Shown piece after piece: positions 46,849 to 56,040 of a stretch of 64,000 bases of DNA (its first letter is position 1; every line of letters starts with the position of its first letter). Origin of the DNA: Candidatus Omnitrophota bacterium (GTDB taxonomy: Bacteria > Omnitrophota > Gorgyraeia > Zapsychrales > JANLHA01); contig JACKFJ010000005.1 of assembly GCA_020632535.1 (NCBI GenBank), forward strand, positions 64,200 through 128,199. The letters are read 5' to 3'. The notes under the pieces were generated by a model, which saw only the letters and a program-made list of their open reading frames with translations, ran no database searches and was not told where the DNA came from. The position numbers and the translations under genes were made by a program.

Positions 46849-49236
46849 CTATACCTTACTTTCTATTTGATAAATTTCCTTTTCTAATTCCTTCAACGCT
46901 TCGAGATATTGATCCCGACCGCCGAAGAAGTTAACAATTTCAATCGGCGAACCGAATTGCGGAAACGGCTGAACGTTGAGAATTTCAAGCTCTTCCAGAT
47001 TCTCAATTCCTTCGTCGGCATATTTTTCAAGAAGCATGTCAATTACAGTTCTGGCTTTGTCTCCATACTTCGTAAAATAATTCCGCTTTTTAACGTTCTC
47101 CGCTCTTTCCCGACGAGTTAAAGCGGGCTGTTCAAACGCAATATGACAGACAATATCAAAAGGGTCTAAATCCTGCCCTATCTCTTCACACAGATCATCA
47201 AAAAAGATACCCTGTTTTTCCAACTGATCGATAATCGCATATTTCTTTTCCGCATGACTCCACAGTTGGAGGAATTCATCTATTGAAGAAAATTCTTTAA
47301 GCAGTGTCTTTTTTGTGTAGTCCTTTAGAGATTCTGTAATCAATTTGCCATCATGGCCATAATATTGCACCCGCTCATGAATCACAGTGACGGGGACATC
47401 ACCCACAACATACTTGCGTGGCTTCGGGTCTCCATCCCCTCCGCCTGTGGGATCAATAGGATCGACGATAACAGTTTCACCTCCATTTTCGCCACCTTCA
47501 TCCGGCGGTTCTGGTTCGACAATCACATCATCAGGAGGTGCAATCGGATCATCGCCTTTAGGTTCATAAATCATCACCGGATCACCGTCAAAATCTGGAT
47601 CGGCGAATAAATTAGTTGCCTGCCGAAAATCCATAATCGTAAAATAATATTTATCAAAATCGGTTCGTATACGTGTACCCCGTCCGATGATCTGTTTAAA
47701 TTCAGTCATAGAGTTGATATTCTTATCCAAAACAACCAATTTACACGTTTGAGCATCCACGCCTGTAGACATAAGTTTCGAAGTAGTCGCGATGACAGGA
47801 TAGGGACTTTCTGGATCGATAAAATTATCCAACTCTTTCTTACCCAAATCATGATCGCCCGTGATCCTCATTACGTACTTATGATTCTTTTGAACAAGAT
47901 CCGCATTTTCATTGGCTATTGCCTGACGCATCCCTTCGGCATGGTCGATGTCCACGCAAAAGACAATGGTTTTATCGAAACGGTTTGTCTTGGTCAAATA
48001 CTCTGACACCTTCTTGGCTACGACTTCCCGGCGGCGTTTCAATATTAATTCCCGATCATAATCTTTACTGTTGTATATCCGATCTGGGACTTCAAAACCG
48101 TTGTCATCGACCTTCCCTTCCTCTGGTCGCCAACCCAAATCACGGTCAATGGCTACACGGACCACTTTATATGGAGCCAAAAAGCCGTCTTCGATTCCCT
48201 GTTTCAAAGAATATGTGTAAATCGGTTCGCCGAAATAATTAATATTGGAAACGTATTTTGTTTCTTTGGGCGTTGCTGTCATGCCGATTTGGGTTGCGGA
48301 AAAAAAATACTTCAAAATTTCATGCCAGATGGAATCTTCTTTGGCACTTCCTCTGTGACATTCATCCACCACGATAAGGTCAAAGAAGTCGGGAGAAAAT
48401 TCTTTATAAATATTTTTGATCTCTTCATTACCTGTGACGCCCTGATAAAGAGCCAAGTATATTTCATAAGATTTATCTACCTGACGGTTTCGGATCTTCG
48501 TCATTTTATCGCCGAAATGCTTAAAGTCATTGGTCATGGTCTGATCGACCAAAACATTGCGGTCTGCCAAGAACAAAATACGCTTTTTCTTTCGTGCTTT
48601 CCATAGACGCCAGATGATCTGTGATGCCACAAATGTCTTGCCTGTTCCTGTTGCCATGACAAGAAGAATACGGTCTTGACCTCGGGCAATGGCTTCTGTT
48701 GTTCGATTGATCGCAATCTGCTGATAATAGCGGGGAGACTTTCCACCCTGATCGTAATAATAATCATTCAGGACGACTTCTTCTTGGGATGGCGCTTTAA
48801 TACCCTTAAAAATTTTGTATTTCTGCCAGAGTTCATCCGGGGAGGGAAATCCCTCCAAAGAGAGCTCTTCCTCAATCTGCCCTTCTTTGACCGTTCGATC
48901 ATGTTTCAGAAATCCATCGCCGTTTGAACTAAAGACAAACGGAATATCGAGAATGTCGGCATAATCGAGGGCTTGTTGCATCCCGTCACCAACCGAATGA
49001 TTATTATCTTTGGCTTCGATGATAGCTATCGGAATGTTGGCCTTATAGTAAAGGATATAATCGGCTCGTTTGGGCTGGGCTCGGGTGATCTTCTTGCCTC
49101 GGACATGAATCCGACCATCGGTAAAGCTGACTTCTTCCCGAATCTGCTTTTGAATATCCCATCCTGAACCGACAAGGGCAGGGGTGATAAATTTAGTACA
49201 AATATCTCTCTCGGAAAATTCTTTTTTATTAATCAT
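46849..49236 (-). CDS. hsdR: Type I R-M restriction/translocase subunit HsdR (with EcoEI-R C-terminal-type domain)
   Basis: 795-aa ORF. N-terminal nuclease region (…ADYILYY…IIEAK…), helicase motifs MATGTGKT and VVDECHR, and a C-terminal …FDIVCHIAFEQPALTRRERA… domain. Confidence 0.9.
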   Translation of the reverse strand: MINKKEFSERDICTKFITPALVGSGWDIQKQIREEVSFTDGRIHVRGKKITRAQPKRADYILYYKANIPIAIIEAKDNNHSVGDGMQQALDYADILDIPFVFSSNGDGFLKHDRTVKEGQIEEELSLEGFPSPDELWQKYKIFKGIKAPSQEEVVLNDYYYDQGGKSPRYYQQIAINRTTEAIARGQDRILLVMATGTGKTFVASQIIWRLWKARKKKRILFLADRNVLVDQTMTNDFKHFGDKMTKIRNRQVDKSYEIYLALYQGVTGNEEIKNIYKEFSPDFFDLIVVDECHRGSAKEDSIWHEILKYFFSATQIGMTATPKETKYVSNINYFGEPIYTYSLKQGIEDGFLAPYKVVRVAIDRDLGWRPEEGKVDDNGFEVPDRIYNSKDYDRELILKRRREVVAKKVSEYLTKTNRFDKTIVFCVDIDHAEGMRQAIANENADLVQKNHKYVMRITGDHDLGKKELDNFIDPESPYPVIATTSKLMSTGVDAQTCKLVVLDKNINSMTEFKQIIGRGTRIRTDFDKYYFTIMDFRQATNLFADPDFDGDPVMIYEPKGDDPIAPPDDVIVEPEPPDEGGENGGETVIVDPIDPTGGGDGDPKPRKYVVGDVPVTVIHERVQYYGHDGKLITESLKDYTKKTLLKEFSSIDEFLQLWSHAEKKYAIIDQLEKQGIFFDDLCEEIGQDLDPFDIVCHIAFEQPALTRRERAENVKKRNYFTKYGDKARTVIDMLLEKYADEGIENLEELEILNVQPFPQFGSPIEIVNFFGGRDQYLEALKELEKEIYQIESKV

Positions 49237-49287
49237 ACCTATTCAATTTTGAGGAGTTTCCCCACTGCTTAAAATTACTATTAATGA

Positions 49288-49315
49288 ATACCCCACGCCG
49301 CAAGTCGTGGGGTAT
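49288..49315 (-). terminator. Hairpin between the 180-aa gene and hsdR (weak T-run)
   Basis: ATACCCCACG-8 nt-CGTGGGGTAT, a perfect 10-bp stem. On the minus strand it is followed by TCATTAAT. Confidence 0.4.
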
Positions 49316-49333
49316 CAACTCACTTTAATTAAA

Positions 49334-49876
49334 TTATCCGCATATAAAACCCTTGGAAATTCCATCACTAATAAATCCTTCAAGTATCTGAACATATTTC
49401 TGGCCTAACTGTAAAATGTCCTCTTCCCCATTCCAATCGTCAAACTTATATGTTGTGTCCGTGCTCACTGATGTTGGTTCCACTTCGTATTTAGTCTTAT
49501 CTTTATCCTCTGATCGTGATTCAGATATTACATTGCCTTTTTTATCAACACTTTGAATAACCCACGATTCTGATAAATGAATTGTTTCGCTAATTGTGAC
49601 ATTATGTTGAACTTTTGGATTAACAGGCTCGGCATGTATATTAATATCCCGTTTCCCTTTGAAAAATCTAAGAATATCGCTGTTACTCATAAAAGTGTCA
49701 TACCATTGTTGTCCGCCGGATTTTTGTTTAGCCTCCTCACAAGCATATTGTAGAACTGAACGGGCGGACGAAAGAAAAGCGCTTAAATCATTAATAAAGT
49801 ATTCCGGCTTATCTTTTCCTTCTTGCATCCTTTTATAAAAATATTTTGCTTCTTTTAATTTTTTCTTCTCGTGCAT
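49334..49876 (-). CDS. Hypothetical protein: N-terminal helical domain with R-x4-H (HEPN-like?) + C-terminal beta-rich domain
   Basis: 180-aa ORF. …FLSSARSVLQYACEEAK… and …FFKGKRDINIHAEP…. It starts 6 nt after the HTH gene. Confidence 0.3.
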   Translation of the reverse strand: MHEKKKLKEAKYFYKRMQEGKDKPEYFINDLSAFLSSARSVLQYACEEAKQKSGGQQWYDTFMSNSDILRFFKGKRDINIHAEPVNPKVQHNVTISETIHLSESWVIQSVDKKGNVISESRSEDKDKTKYEVEPTSVSTDTTYKFDDWNGEEDILQLGQKYVQILEGFISDGISKGFICG

Positions 49877-49882
49877 GATATT

Positions 49883-50059
49883 TTATAAATTGCTCCTACT
49901 CTTGATAAAATTCTCTAAATCGTCTGGGTGGATTCGCCACTTGCCAACCTTGATAGCTTTGATTTCTTTCAGGTTGATAAGTTCACGCACCCGTTCTTCT
50001 GTCAGGCCTAAACGCTTTGCGGCTTCCCTAACTGTCAAATATTTAGTTAAGTCGGTCAT
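49883..50059 (-). CDS. Second excisionase-family HTH DNA-binding protein
   Basis: 58-aa ORF below the track cutoff, translated by hand: MTDLTKYLTVREAAKRLGLTEERVRELINLKEIKAIKVGKWRIHPDDLENFIKSRSNL. Confidence 0.6.
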   Translation of the reverse strand: MTDLTKYLTVREAAKRLGLTEERVRELINLKEIKAIKVGKWRIHPDDLENFIKSRSNL

Positions 50060-50125
50060 TCTTCTCTATTCCTTATTGTTCCAGATTATTCCATATTCTA
50101 CTATAAAAAGAAACATAACCCAACC

Positions 50126-51208
50126 TTATTCTTCCTCCTTAACCATTTCAACCAATTCATCTTCTTGATCTGCTCCTCTGAGCCTTCCCCACAAGTACCC
50201 AAGACGATAACTCATCCCCTCACTCATGAGATGCCAGTTTGTGCCCGCTAAAGTCTTCTTTATAAGCCTCCGAAGCTTACGAACACTATCGTTTTCTTTT
50301 CTCGAGGAATCGGCATCCTGAACGCTAAAGGGGATAATAAAATGTCTGCTTATTTCCGGCTTCTCGAAGGATAGCTTAACGTATTTCTCTTTCTTTAAGG
50401 ATTTAGAAAGAACCCTCTCGAGTTGAACCGTTGTAAGTTTCTCCAACTGGGCTGCTTTTTTATAAACAGGGTTCGTTTCTCTCTGCTCTATCCGGTCAAG
50501 CAGCTCAGATAATCTTTTCACACGATTATAGCCTTCAATATATTCAAAGCCTTCTTTCTCGGATAAACAAAATTCAGCCCTATGCTTTTTCAACAATGCC
50601 TTCTCCTGTCGCTCTCGTTTATTATTCTCAACTTTTTTCTTATCTAAATCAACGACCTCGGTCTCCAGAAACCCACAGAAAGAACATCTCGTCGTCCATG
50701 TTTCAATATGATTTTTCTCAGCATACGAAATCTTAATTTCCTTATTACACTTCGGGCAACAATGTGGCTTTGGGACATAAAACTGCCCGTCTTCCCAGAC
50801 ACCCTTTTTCTTTTTGCATGAAGGGCATTCGAATGTAAAAAGAACTCGAAGAGGCTCATCTGAGTTATACAGCATTTTATAAATGCTTTGCATTAGTGCA
50901 GCGCAATTGGAGCAATGGACATCCTTAGGCTCCTGGGCAGCGTCTAATTTCTCATCCAGCCGACGATCTCGCTCAATCCACTCATTTATCATAGAGCGTC
51001 TTCGGCGATAATTCTCGCCCTTAATAAAGTAAAGTTCTGATTTTAAACCGAAAGAAGCAGCCTGAGCTTGTGTCAGACCCTTAGGAAGGTCTTTTCTCTT
51101 CTGCTCACATAATATTCGCTTCCAGTTTTCAATAACTCGAAGGCATTCCTGGATGGTTAACAGATCATAAAGATCCTGATAATAAGCTTCTTCTTTCAGA
51201 TATTTCAT
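50126..51208 (-). CDS. Hypothetical protein with two zinc-ribbon-like CxxC pairs, first gene inside the tRNA-proximal island end
   Basis: 360-aa ORF with CSNC…CPSC and CPKC…CSFC. No family recognised. Confidence 0.45.
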   Translation of the reverse strand: MKYLKEEAYYQDLYDLLTIQECLRVIENWKRILCEQKRKDLPKGLTQAQAASFGLKSELYFIKGENYRRRRSMINEWIERDRRLDEKLDAAQEPKDVHCSNCAALMQSIYKMLYNSDEPLRVLFTFECPSCKKKKGVWEDGQFYVPKPHCCPKCNKEIKISYAEKNHIETWTTRCSFCGFLETEVVDLDKKKVENNKRERQEKALLKKHRAEFCLSEKEGFEYIEGYNRVKRLSELLDRIEQRETNPVYKKAAQLEKLTTVQLERVLSKSLKKEKYVKLSFEKPEISRHFIIPFSVQDADSSRKENDSVRKLRRLIKKTLAGTNWHLMSEGMSYRLGYLWGRLRGADQEDELVEMVKEEE

Positions 51209-51246
51209 GATGAATATTATAGCGGGACCAAGGGCGGGAAGGGAAA

Positions 51247-51270
51247 AAAGTGTATCCCAGCGGTATCCAA
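51247..51270. repeat. 24-nt exact direct repeat, right copy (candidate integrase arm-type site)
   Basis: Identical to 23392-23415. Lies 58 nt inside the right att core. Confidence 0.6.
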
Positions 51271-51283
51271 GGGGATTTTGGGG

Positions 51284-51324
51284 GATAAAAAAAGGGCCAT
51301 AGAATAATCGTAACCCTATGGCCC
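51284..51324 (-). terminator. Island-borne intrinsic terminator for the reconstituted tRNA
   Basis: Minus strand: GGGCCATAG-13 nt-CTATGGCCC followed by TTTTTTTAT, starting 6 nt after the tRNA 3' end. Confidence 0.65.
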
Positions 51325-51329
51325 TAAGT

Positions 51330-51406
<77 letters not shown>

Positions 51407-51432
51407 GCTATTTTTTTGGTACTTTTCTTTAT

Positions 51433-51465
51433 GAGATTGCTTCGTCGCTAACGCTCCTCGCAATG
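51433..51465. repeat. REP-like repeat, family B (copy 1)
   Basis: GAGATTGCTTCGTCGC-TAA-CGCTCCTCGCAAT. The 16-mer GAGATTGCTTCGTCGC recurs at 53193-53208. Confidence 0.6.
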
Positions 51466-51547
51466 GAAAAAACTATGCCCTCTTACTTACGGGACTCCTC
51501 GCAATGGGTATAACTATGTCGTTCCACTTCCAGACTTCTCGCAATGG
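51455..51547. repeat. Three copies of CT(C/T)CTCGCAATGG at an exact 40-nt period upstream of tRNA-fMet
   Basis: Copies start at 51455, 51495 and 51535. Each is followed by an AACTATG-like or AT-rich tail. Confidence 0.6.
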
Positions 51548-51553
51548 AAATTA

Positions 51554-51838
51554 TTATTTCTTCTCCGCATTGTGAACTGCTGGGGTTAACTTATAAACGA
51601 CTTCCCCTTTACGAATCAAACCCATTTTTTCACGTCCAACTTTTTCTAAATAAGCTGGGTCAGTCTCTAACAAACGCTTCTCTTCCAATAACTTAATCTT
51701 ACGTTGTTTTAACGCTTCGATTTGCTTACTGTAATCAACATTCTTTTGCCGAAGATCCTGCAACCGAGTATACGACGGCAAGAAAATAAAAAGCGCAAAA
51801 AGTGTAAGAGCAAAAAGCCAAAGAGCGTTTTTTATCAT
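51554..51838 (-). CDS. ftsB: Cell-division protein FtsB/DivIC (septum formation initiator)
   Basis: 94-aa ORF with an N-terminal TM helix and coiled coil (…QIEALKQRKIKLLEEKRLLETDPAYLEKVGREKMGLIRKGEVVY). Conserved position downstream of eno. Confidence 0.8.
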   Translation of the reverse strand: MIKNALWLFALTLFALFIFLPSYTRLQDLRQKNVDYSKQIEALKQRKIKLLEEKRLLETDPAYLEKVGREKMGLIRKGEVVYKLTPAVHNAEKK

Positions 51839-51856
51839 GTGACGGGTTATTCAAGA

Positions 51857-53137
51857 TTAATAAATCTTGCCCCAAAGCGAGCCAGCATAAATCGCTTTCT
51901 TACCGAGCTCTTCTTCGATGCGTAAAAGTTCATTGTACTTGCAAAGACGATCCGTGCGCGATAAAGAACCTGTCTTGATCTGTCCGACACCCGTCGCAAC
52001 CGCCAAATGCGCGATCGTCGTGTCTTCCGTTTCGCCAGAGCGATGCGACATAATCGAAGTGTATTTATTTTTCTTCGCGAGGTTGACCGCGTCTAATGTT
52101 TCGGACAAACTGCCGATTTGATTGACTTTGATCAAAATCGAATTGCCGACGCCTTTTTTGATCCCATCCTTAAGACGTTTTACATTGGTGACAAATAGAT
52201 CATCACCGACGAGCTGAACCTTGGCGCCCAATTTGTCGGTCAAAACTTTCCAGCCATCCCAATCATTTTCATCCAAGCCATCTTCGATTGAAATAAGCGG
52301 ATAATACTTAATCATATTAGCATAAACCGCGATCATTTCTTCGGCGGTGTTGATCTTGCCATTATAATTGTATCCACCTTTTTTATTGTAAAAAGATGAC
52401 GCGGCGCAATCAAGGGCGATAAAAATATCTTTGCCCGGTTTATAACCCGCCTTGGTTATGGCATCGATAATAAGCGTCAAAGCTTGTTCATTCTTGCCTA
52501 AATTCGGTGCAAAACCACCTTCGTCACCGACGGAAGTAGAAAGCTTCTTGTCATGCAAAATTTTCTTTAAGTGATGAAAGACTTCTGTCGCCATGCGCAT
52601 GGCTTCCGAAAAAGTCGGAGCACCAACCGGCGCGATCATAAATTCTTGAATGTCGAGATTATTATCCGCGTGCATGCCACCGTTTAAAATGTTCATCAGC
52701 GGAACCGGCAAAATACTCGCGCGGCTGCCACCAATATAACGATAAAGCGGTTCGCACTTGTCATCAGCTGCGGCTTTCGCGACGGCCATCGAAACGCCTA
52801 AGATCGCATTGGCACCCAACTTGGATTTGTTTTCTGTGCCGTCAAGTTCAAGAAGAACTTTATCAATGTTTTCAAAATCTGCTTTTTGTCCTTTGATCTT
52901 TTTGGCGACGAGGGTGTTGACATTATTAACCGCTTTGCTAACGCCTTTGCCCATCCAGCGGCTTTTGTCGCCGTCACGCAATTCGATCGCTTCGTATTCG
53001 CCGGTAGACGCGCCTGATGGAACAGCCGCACGGCCGAAAGCGCCGCTGCCTAAATAGATGTCAACTTCGACGGTGGGATTCCCGCGGGAATCGATGATTT
53101 GACGAGCTTTAACTTCTTTAATTTTTGCCATGTTCAA
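51857..53137 (-). CDS. eno: Enolase
   Basis: 426-aa ORF, full-length enolase signature (…[16 protein letters not shown]…[13 protein letters not shown]…). Confidence 0.97.
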   Translation of the reverse strand: MNMAKIKEVKARQIIDSRGNPTVEVDIYLGSGAFGRAAVPSGASTGEYEAIELRDGDKSRWMGKGVSKAVNNVNTLVAKKIKGQKADFENIDKVLLELDGTENKSKLGANAILGVSMAVAKAAADDKCEPLYRYIGGSRASILPVPLMNILNGGMHADNNLDIQEFMIAPVGAPTFSEAMRMATEVFHHLKKILHDKKLSTSVGDEGGFAPNLGKNEQALTLIIDAITKAGYKPGKDIFIALDCAASSFYNKKGGYNYNGKINTAEEMIAVYANMIKYYPLISIEDGLDENDWDGWKVLTDKLGAKVQLVGDDLFVTNVKRLKDGIKKGVGNSILIKVNQIGSLSETLDAVNLAKKNKYTSIMSHRSGETEDTTIAHLAVATGVGQIKTGSLSRTDRLCKYNELLRIEEELGKKAIYAGSLWGKIY

Positions 53138-53172
53138 TATCCTTTTTGCAATTCATTCTTGTACATTACAAA

Positions 53173-53226
53173 CGAGGAAGCAATCCCAACTTGAGATTGC
53201 TTCGTCGCAAAAAACGCTACTCGCAA
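53173..53226. repeat. REP-like repeat, family B (copy 2, with extra hairpin arm)
   Basis: CGAGGAAGCAATC-9 nt-GATTGCTTCGTCG hairpin, then …CGCTACTCGCAAT. Lies in the eno/ftsH divergent intergenic region. Confidence 0.55.
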
Positions 53227-53350
53227 TAAACATATTCCAAAATTTGTACGGTCAAATTAACATAGTTCTATTTTAAAGTCAAGGTTTGTGAGCGTAACAC
53301 TTTGTGTTATACTTCATCTTGGATTAATTAACATAAATAAAGGACACTGC

Positions 53351-55033
53351 ATGAAACGTCTCATCGTCTTTATCCGGCTCTATTGGCTGCGCCTTATTTT
53401 TGCCGCCGTTCTTCTTGCCGCATTTTACTTTACCATACAATTTCTCATCTACTGCGTCGGCAATTACAATCAACTCGAAGATTTTAGCAAGCGCCAAATT
53501 TCGGGACAAATGGCTCTTCTTTTGCCCATGTTTGTTCTCGTTAATCTCATTGCCCTACCAATCATGCTCGGCTTGCAGTATTACTTTATGCAAGGCGGTT
53601 TAGCGGGTTCGATCGGCAAGAATAAAACTGATTTAGCCAAAGTCAATGTCAAATGGGATCAAGTCATTGGGATGGAAGGCGCTAAAAAAGAAGCGTGGGA
53701 ACTTGTCAAACTTCTTAAAGATCGTCATCTTCTTAAAATGATCGGCGGCAGAATTATTAAAGGGACACTTATGATCGGCCCGCCGGGCTGTGGAAAAACG
53801 TATCTTGCCAAAGCGATTGCGACCGAATGCGGACTGCCTTTTCTCTCCGCTGTCGGAAGTGATTTCGTCGGGATTTTTGTCGGACAAGGCGCGGCACAGA
53901 TCAAAACACTTTTTAAACAAGCTCGCGCGCTTGCCTCTCTTGAAGGCGGATGTCTGGTATTTATCGACGAAATTGATTCTTTCGCGCGTCCCCGTCAAGC
54001 AGATCGCGGCTTTGGTGGAGGCGTGGTCAGCCACAATGCTACAATCAATCAATTTTTGACCGAACTCGACGGATTACGCAAAGCGGAAAACAATATCGTC
54101 GTCATTGCCGCGACCAATGTCCCCGAATATGATCTTGACTCTGCGCTGATGCGCGCGGGACGATTTGAACGAAAAATTTATATTACCAAGCCTAATCTCA
54201 AGGAACGTAAAGAGCTTTTTGATTTTTATCTTAAAAGCGTTAAAGTTGAAACAAATGTCAACTCGGCCATGCTTGCGCGCAAGTCGCTATGGTTTACACC
54301 TGCGGATATTGACGCCATGGTTCGTGAAGCGGGATTGATCGCGCTGCGCAGTCATCGTGATGTGTTGACGATGAAAGATCTCTCTGAAGCGTATGATCGC
54401 GTTATTTTTGGCGACAAGTCCAATATCATTTTGACCGAAGACGATAAAAAATGGACCGCGTATCACGAAGCAGGTCACGCGATTTTGACGTATCTGATCC
54501 ATCCCAAAGACGATGTAATCAAAGCGACAATCATTCCGCGTAAAGGCGCTTTGGGTTTTGTCGCGCACAGTCCGACGGAAGAACACTACTCCTACAATCG
54601 CGAGTATCATCTGTCGCAAATCAAAATCGCCTTGGCTGGTTATGCCGCGGAAAGATTGATTTTTAATTCATCAAGCAGCGGGGTTACGAGCGACTTTGAC
54701 AAAGCCCTGCACACCGCGCAAAGCATGGTGTGGAGTTATGGGATGGGCAAAAGCGGCTTGGTTGGACAGTTCCGTGAATATCGGTCGCATTACATGGGAT
54801 CGGAAAGAATGATTTCGGAAAAAACCGTTGAGGTTTTGGATAATGACGTGCAGGCGATCTTAAAAGAATGTATTGATGATGTAACCAAGATCCTCGCGGA
54901 GAAAAAAGATCTCCTTGAATATTTTGCACAAGAACTGCTCAAAAAAGAAGAATTGGAATACGAAGAAATTCAGGCTATTTTTGACAAATTCGGATTAAAA
55001 CCGATTTCTGGCCGCGCGCCCATTCAAATCTAA
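53351..55033 (+). CDS. ftsH: FtsH-family AAA+ zinc metalloprotease
   Basis: The track start 53288 is an upstream extension; I prefer ATG 53351 (MKRLIVF…). Two TM helices, Walker A GPPGCGKT, Walker B LVFIDEID, zinc site HEAGHA. Confidence 0.85.
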   Translation: MKRLIVFIRLYWLRLIFAAVLLAAFYFTIQFLIYCVGNYNQLEDFSKRQISGQMALLLPMFVLVNLIALPIMLGLQYYFMQGGLAGSIGKNKTDLAKVNVKWDQVIGMEGAKKEAWELVKLLKDRHLLKMIGGRIIKGTLMIGPPGCGKTYLAKAIATECGLPFLSAVGSDFVGIFVGQGAAQIKTLFKQARALASLEGGCLVFIDEIDSFARPRQADRGFGGGVVSHNATINQFLTELDGLRKAENNIVVIAATNVPEYDLDSALMRAGRFERKIYITKPNLKERKELFDFYLKSVKVETNVNSAMLARKSLWFTPADIDAMVREAGLIALRSHRDVLTMKDLSEAYDRVIFGDKSNIILTEDDKKWTAYHEAGHAILTYLIHPKDDVIKATIIPRKGALGFVAHSPTEEHYSYNREYHLSQIKIALAGYAAERLIFNSSSSGVTSDFDKALHTAQSMVWSYGMGKSGLVGQFREYRSHYMGSERMISEKTVEVLDNDVQAILKECIDDVTKILAEKKDLLEYFAQELLKKEELEYEEIQAIFDKFGLKPISGRAPIQI

Positions 55034-56005
55034 ATGTCTTTCATCAAACAGTACCTAGCCCTGCTTTTGACCGCGGCCGTGTTAACTGGCTGTGGCAAAC
55101 CTGCTACTTTCGCCCGACCCCTCACGTTAACGCAGGCACAGGAGCAATTTCTTAAAATCTGCCGCGAAGAACTCAAATATGATGTCAAAGTTATTCCCGT
55201 CGGAAAAACGATGTGGGTTTATGTGCCGTTAACGGATGGCATTTTTGAGTTTCGCGCCGCGAGCAAAGATCAATCCCCTCCTGCTCCAACCAATAAAAGC
55301 TGGTCGATCACTTTTTTGGAATCCACATTTAGTGATAAAACTTTTACAGTCCGTTATGACATCGCGATGACAAAAAAATATGATAAAAAGCAATCCTATC
55401 AGAATAAATATTCTGACGAATACAGCAAAAAGCAACGTGAAGTCTTAACCGCTTTGACGCGCGCGTATTTTGATGTCGGGCAAACAACGATCACAGTGCC
55501 TGTGACCGTCGGCAATGATCAAAAAGTCAATCCCACCGTTGAAGTGATGAAGAGCAATCCCCTTGCGCTGACAAAAGAAGAACCGCCGGATTTTTTTGTG
55601 ATGGTTTTTGCGGATACCAAGCACGGCGTGGGTATCCAAGCGATCAATAACTTTGAAGACATGCGCATGGCGCTTTCGAATCCGCCGGGAATATCAAATG
55701 ACGAGTATGTTAAACGCTACGTGTATGAACTTTTTGGTGATGAGGATTTGATCGGGGACACTACCGGAGAACATTTAAAAACGCAGGACATTACCATGGG
55801 CTATTTTCTTGCCAAACAAATTGAAAACCGCATCAACACCCAATTTGTCCGCAGTGCCTTCCCACCGACGGGTCAAGTACAAGATGAAATCTGGCACATC
55901 ATTTCCGAAACATGCCGCTTGTATCAATTCAAGGATTTTGAAAAGATCAAATTAATCGACCTGCAGACCGAAAAAGAATCGACGTACGATAAGAGTCAAT
56001 TATAA
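55034..56005 (+). CDS. Hypothetical lipoprotein
   Basis: 323-aa ORF with the lipobox LTGC after a signal peptide. The start abuts the ftsH stop (TAAATG). Confidence 0.6.
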   Translation: MSFIKQYLALLLTAAVLTGCGKPATFARPLTLTQAQEQFLKICREELKYDVKVIPVGKTMWVYVPLTDGIFEFRAASKDQSPPAPTNKSWSITFLESTFSDKTFTVRYDIAMTKKYDKKQSYQNKYSDEYSKKQREVLTALTRAYFDVGQTTITVPVTVGNDQKVNPTVEVMKSNPLALTKEEPPDFFVMVFADTKHGVGIQAINNFEDMRMALSNPPGISNDEYVKRYVYELFGDEDLIGDTTGEHLKTQDITMGYFLAKQIENRINTQFVRSAFPPTGQVQDEIWHIISETCRLYQFKDFEKIKLIDLQTEKESTYDKSQL

Positions 56006-56040
56006 ATGGATCCCCGACAAGAACATTCGGGGATGACATT
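56005..56040. repeat. REP-like hairpin repeat, family A (copy 2), between convergent genes
   Basis: AATGGATCCCCGACAAGAACATTCGGGGATGACATT, with stem TCCCCG/CGGGGA. Confidence 0.6.
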
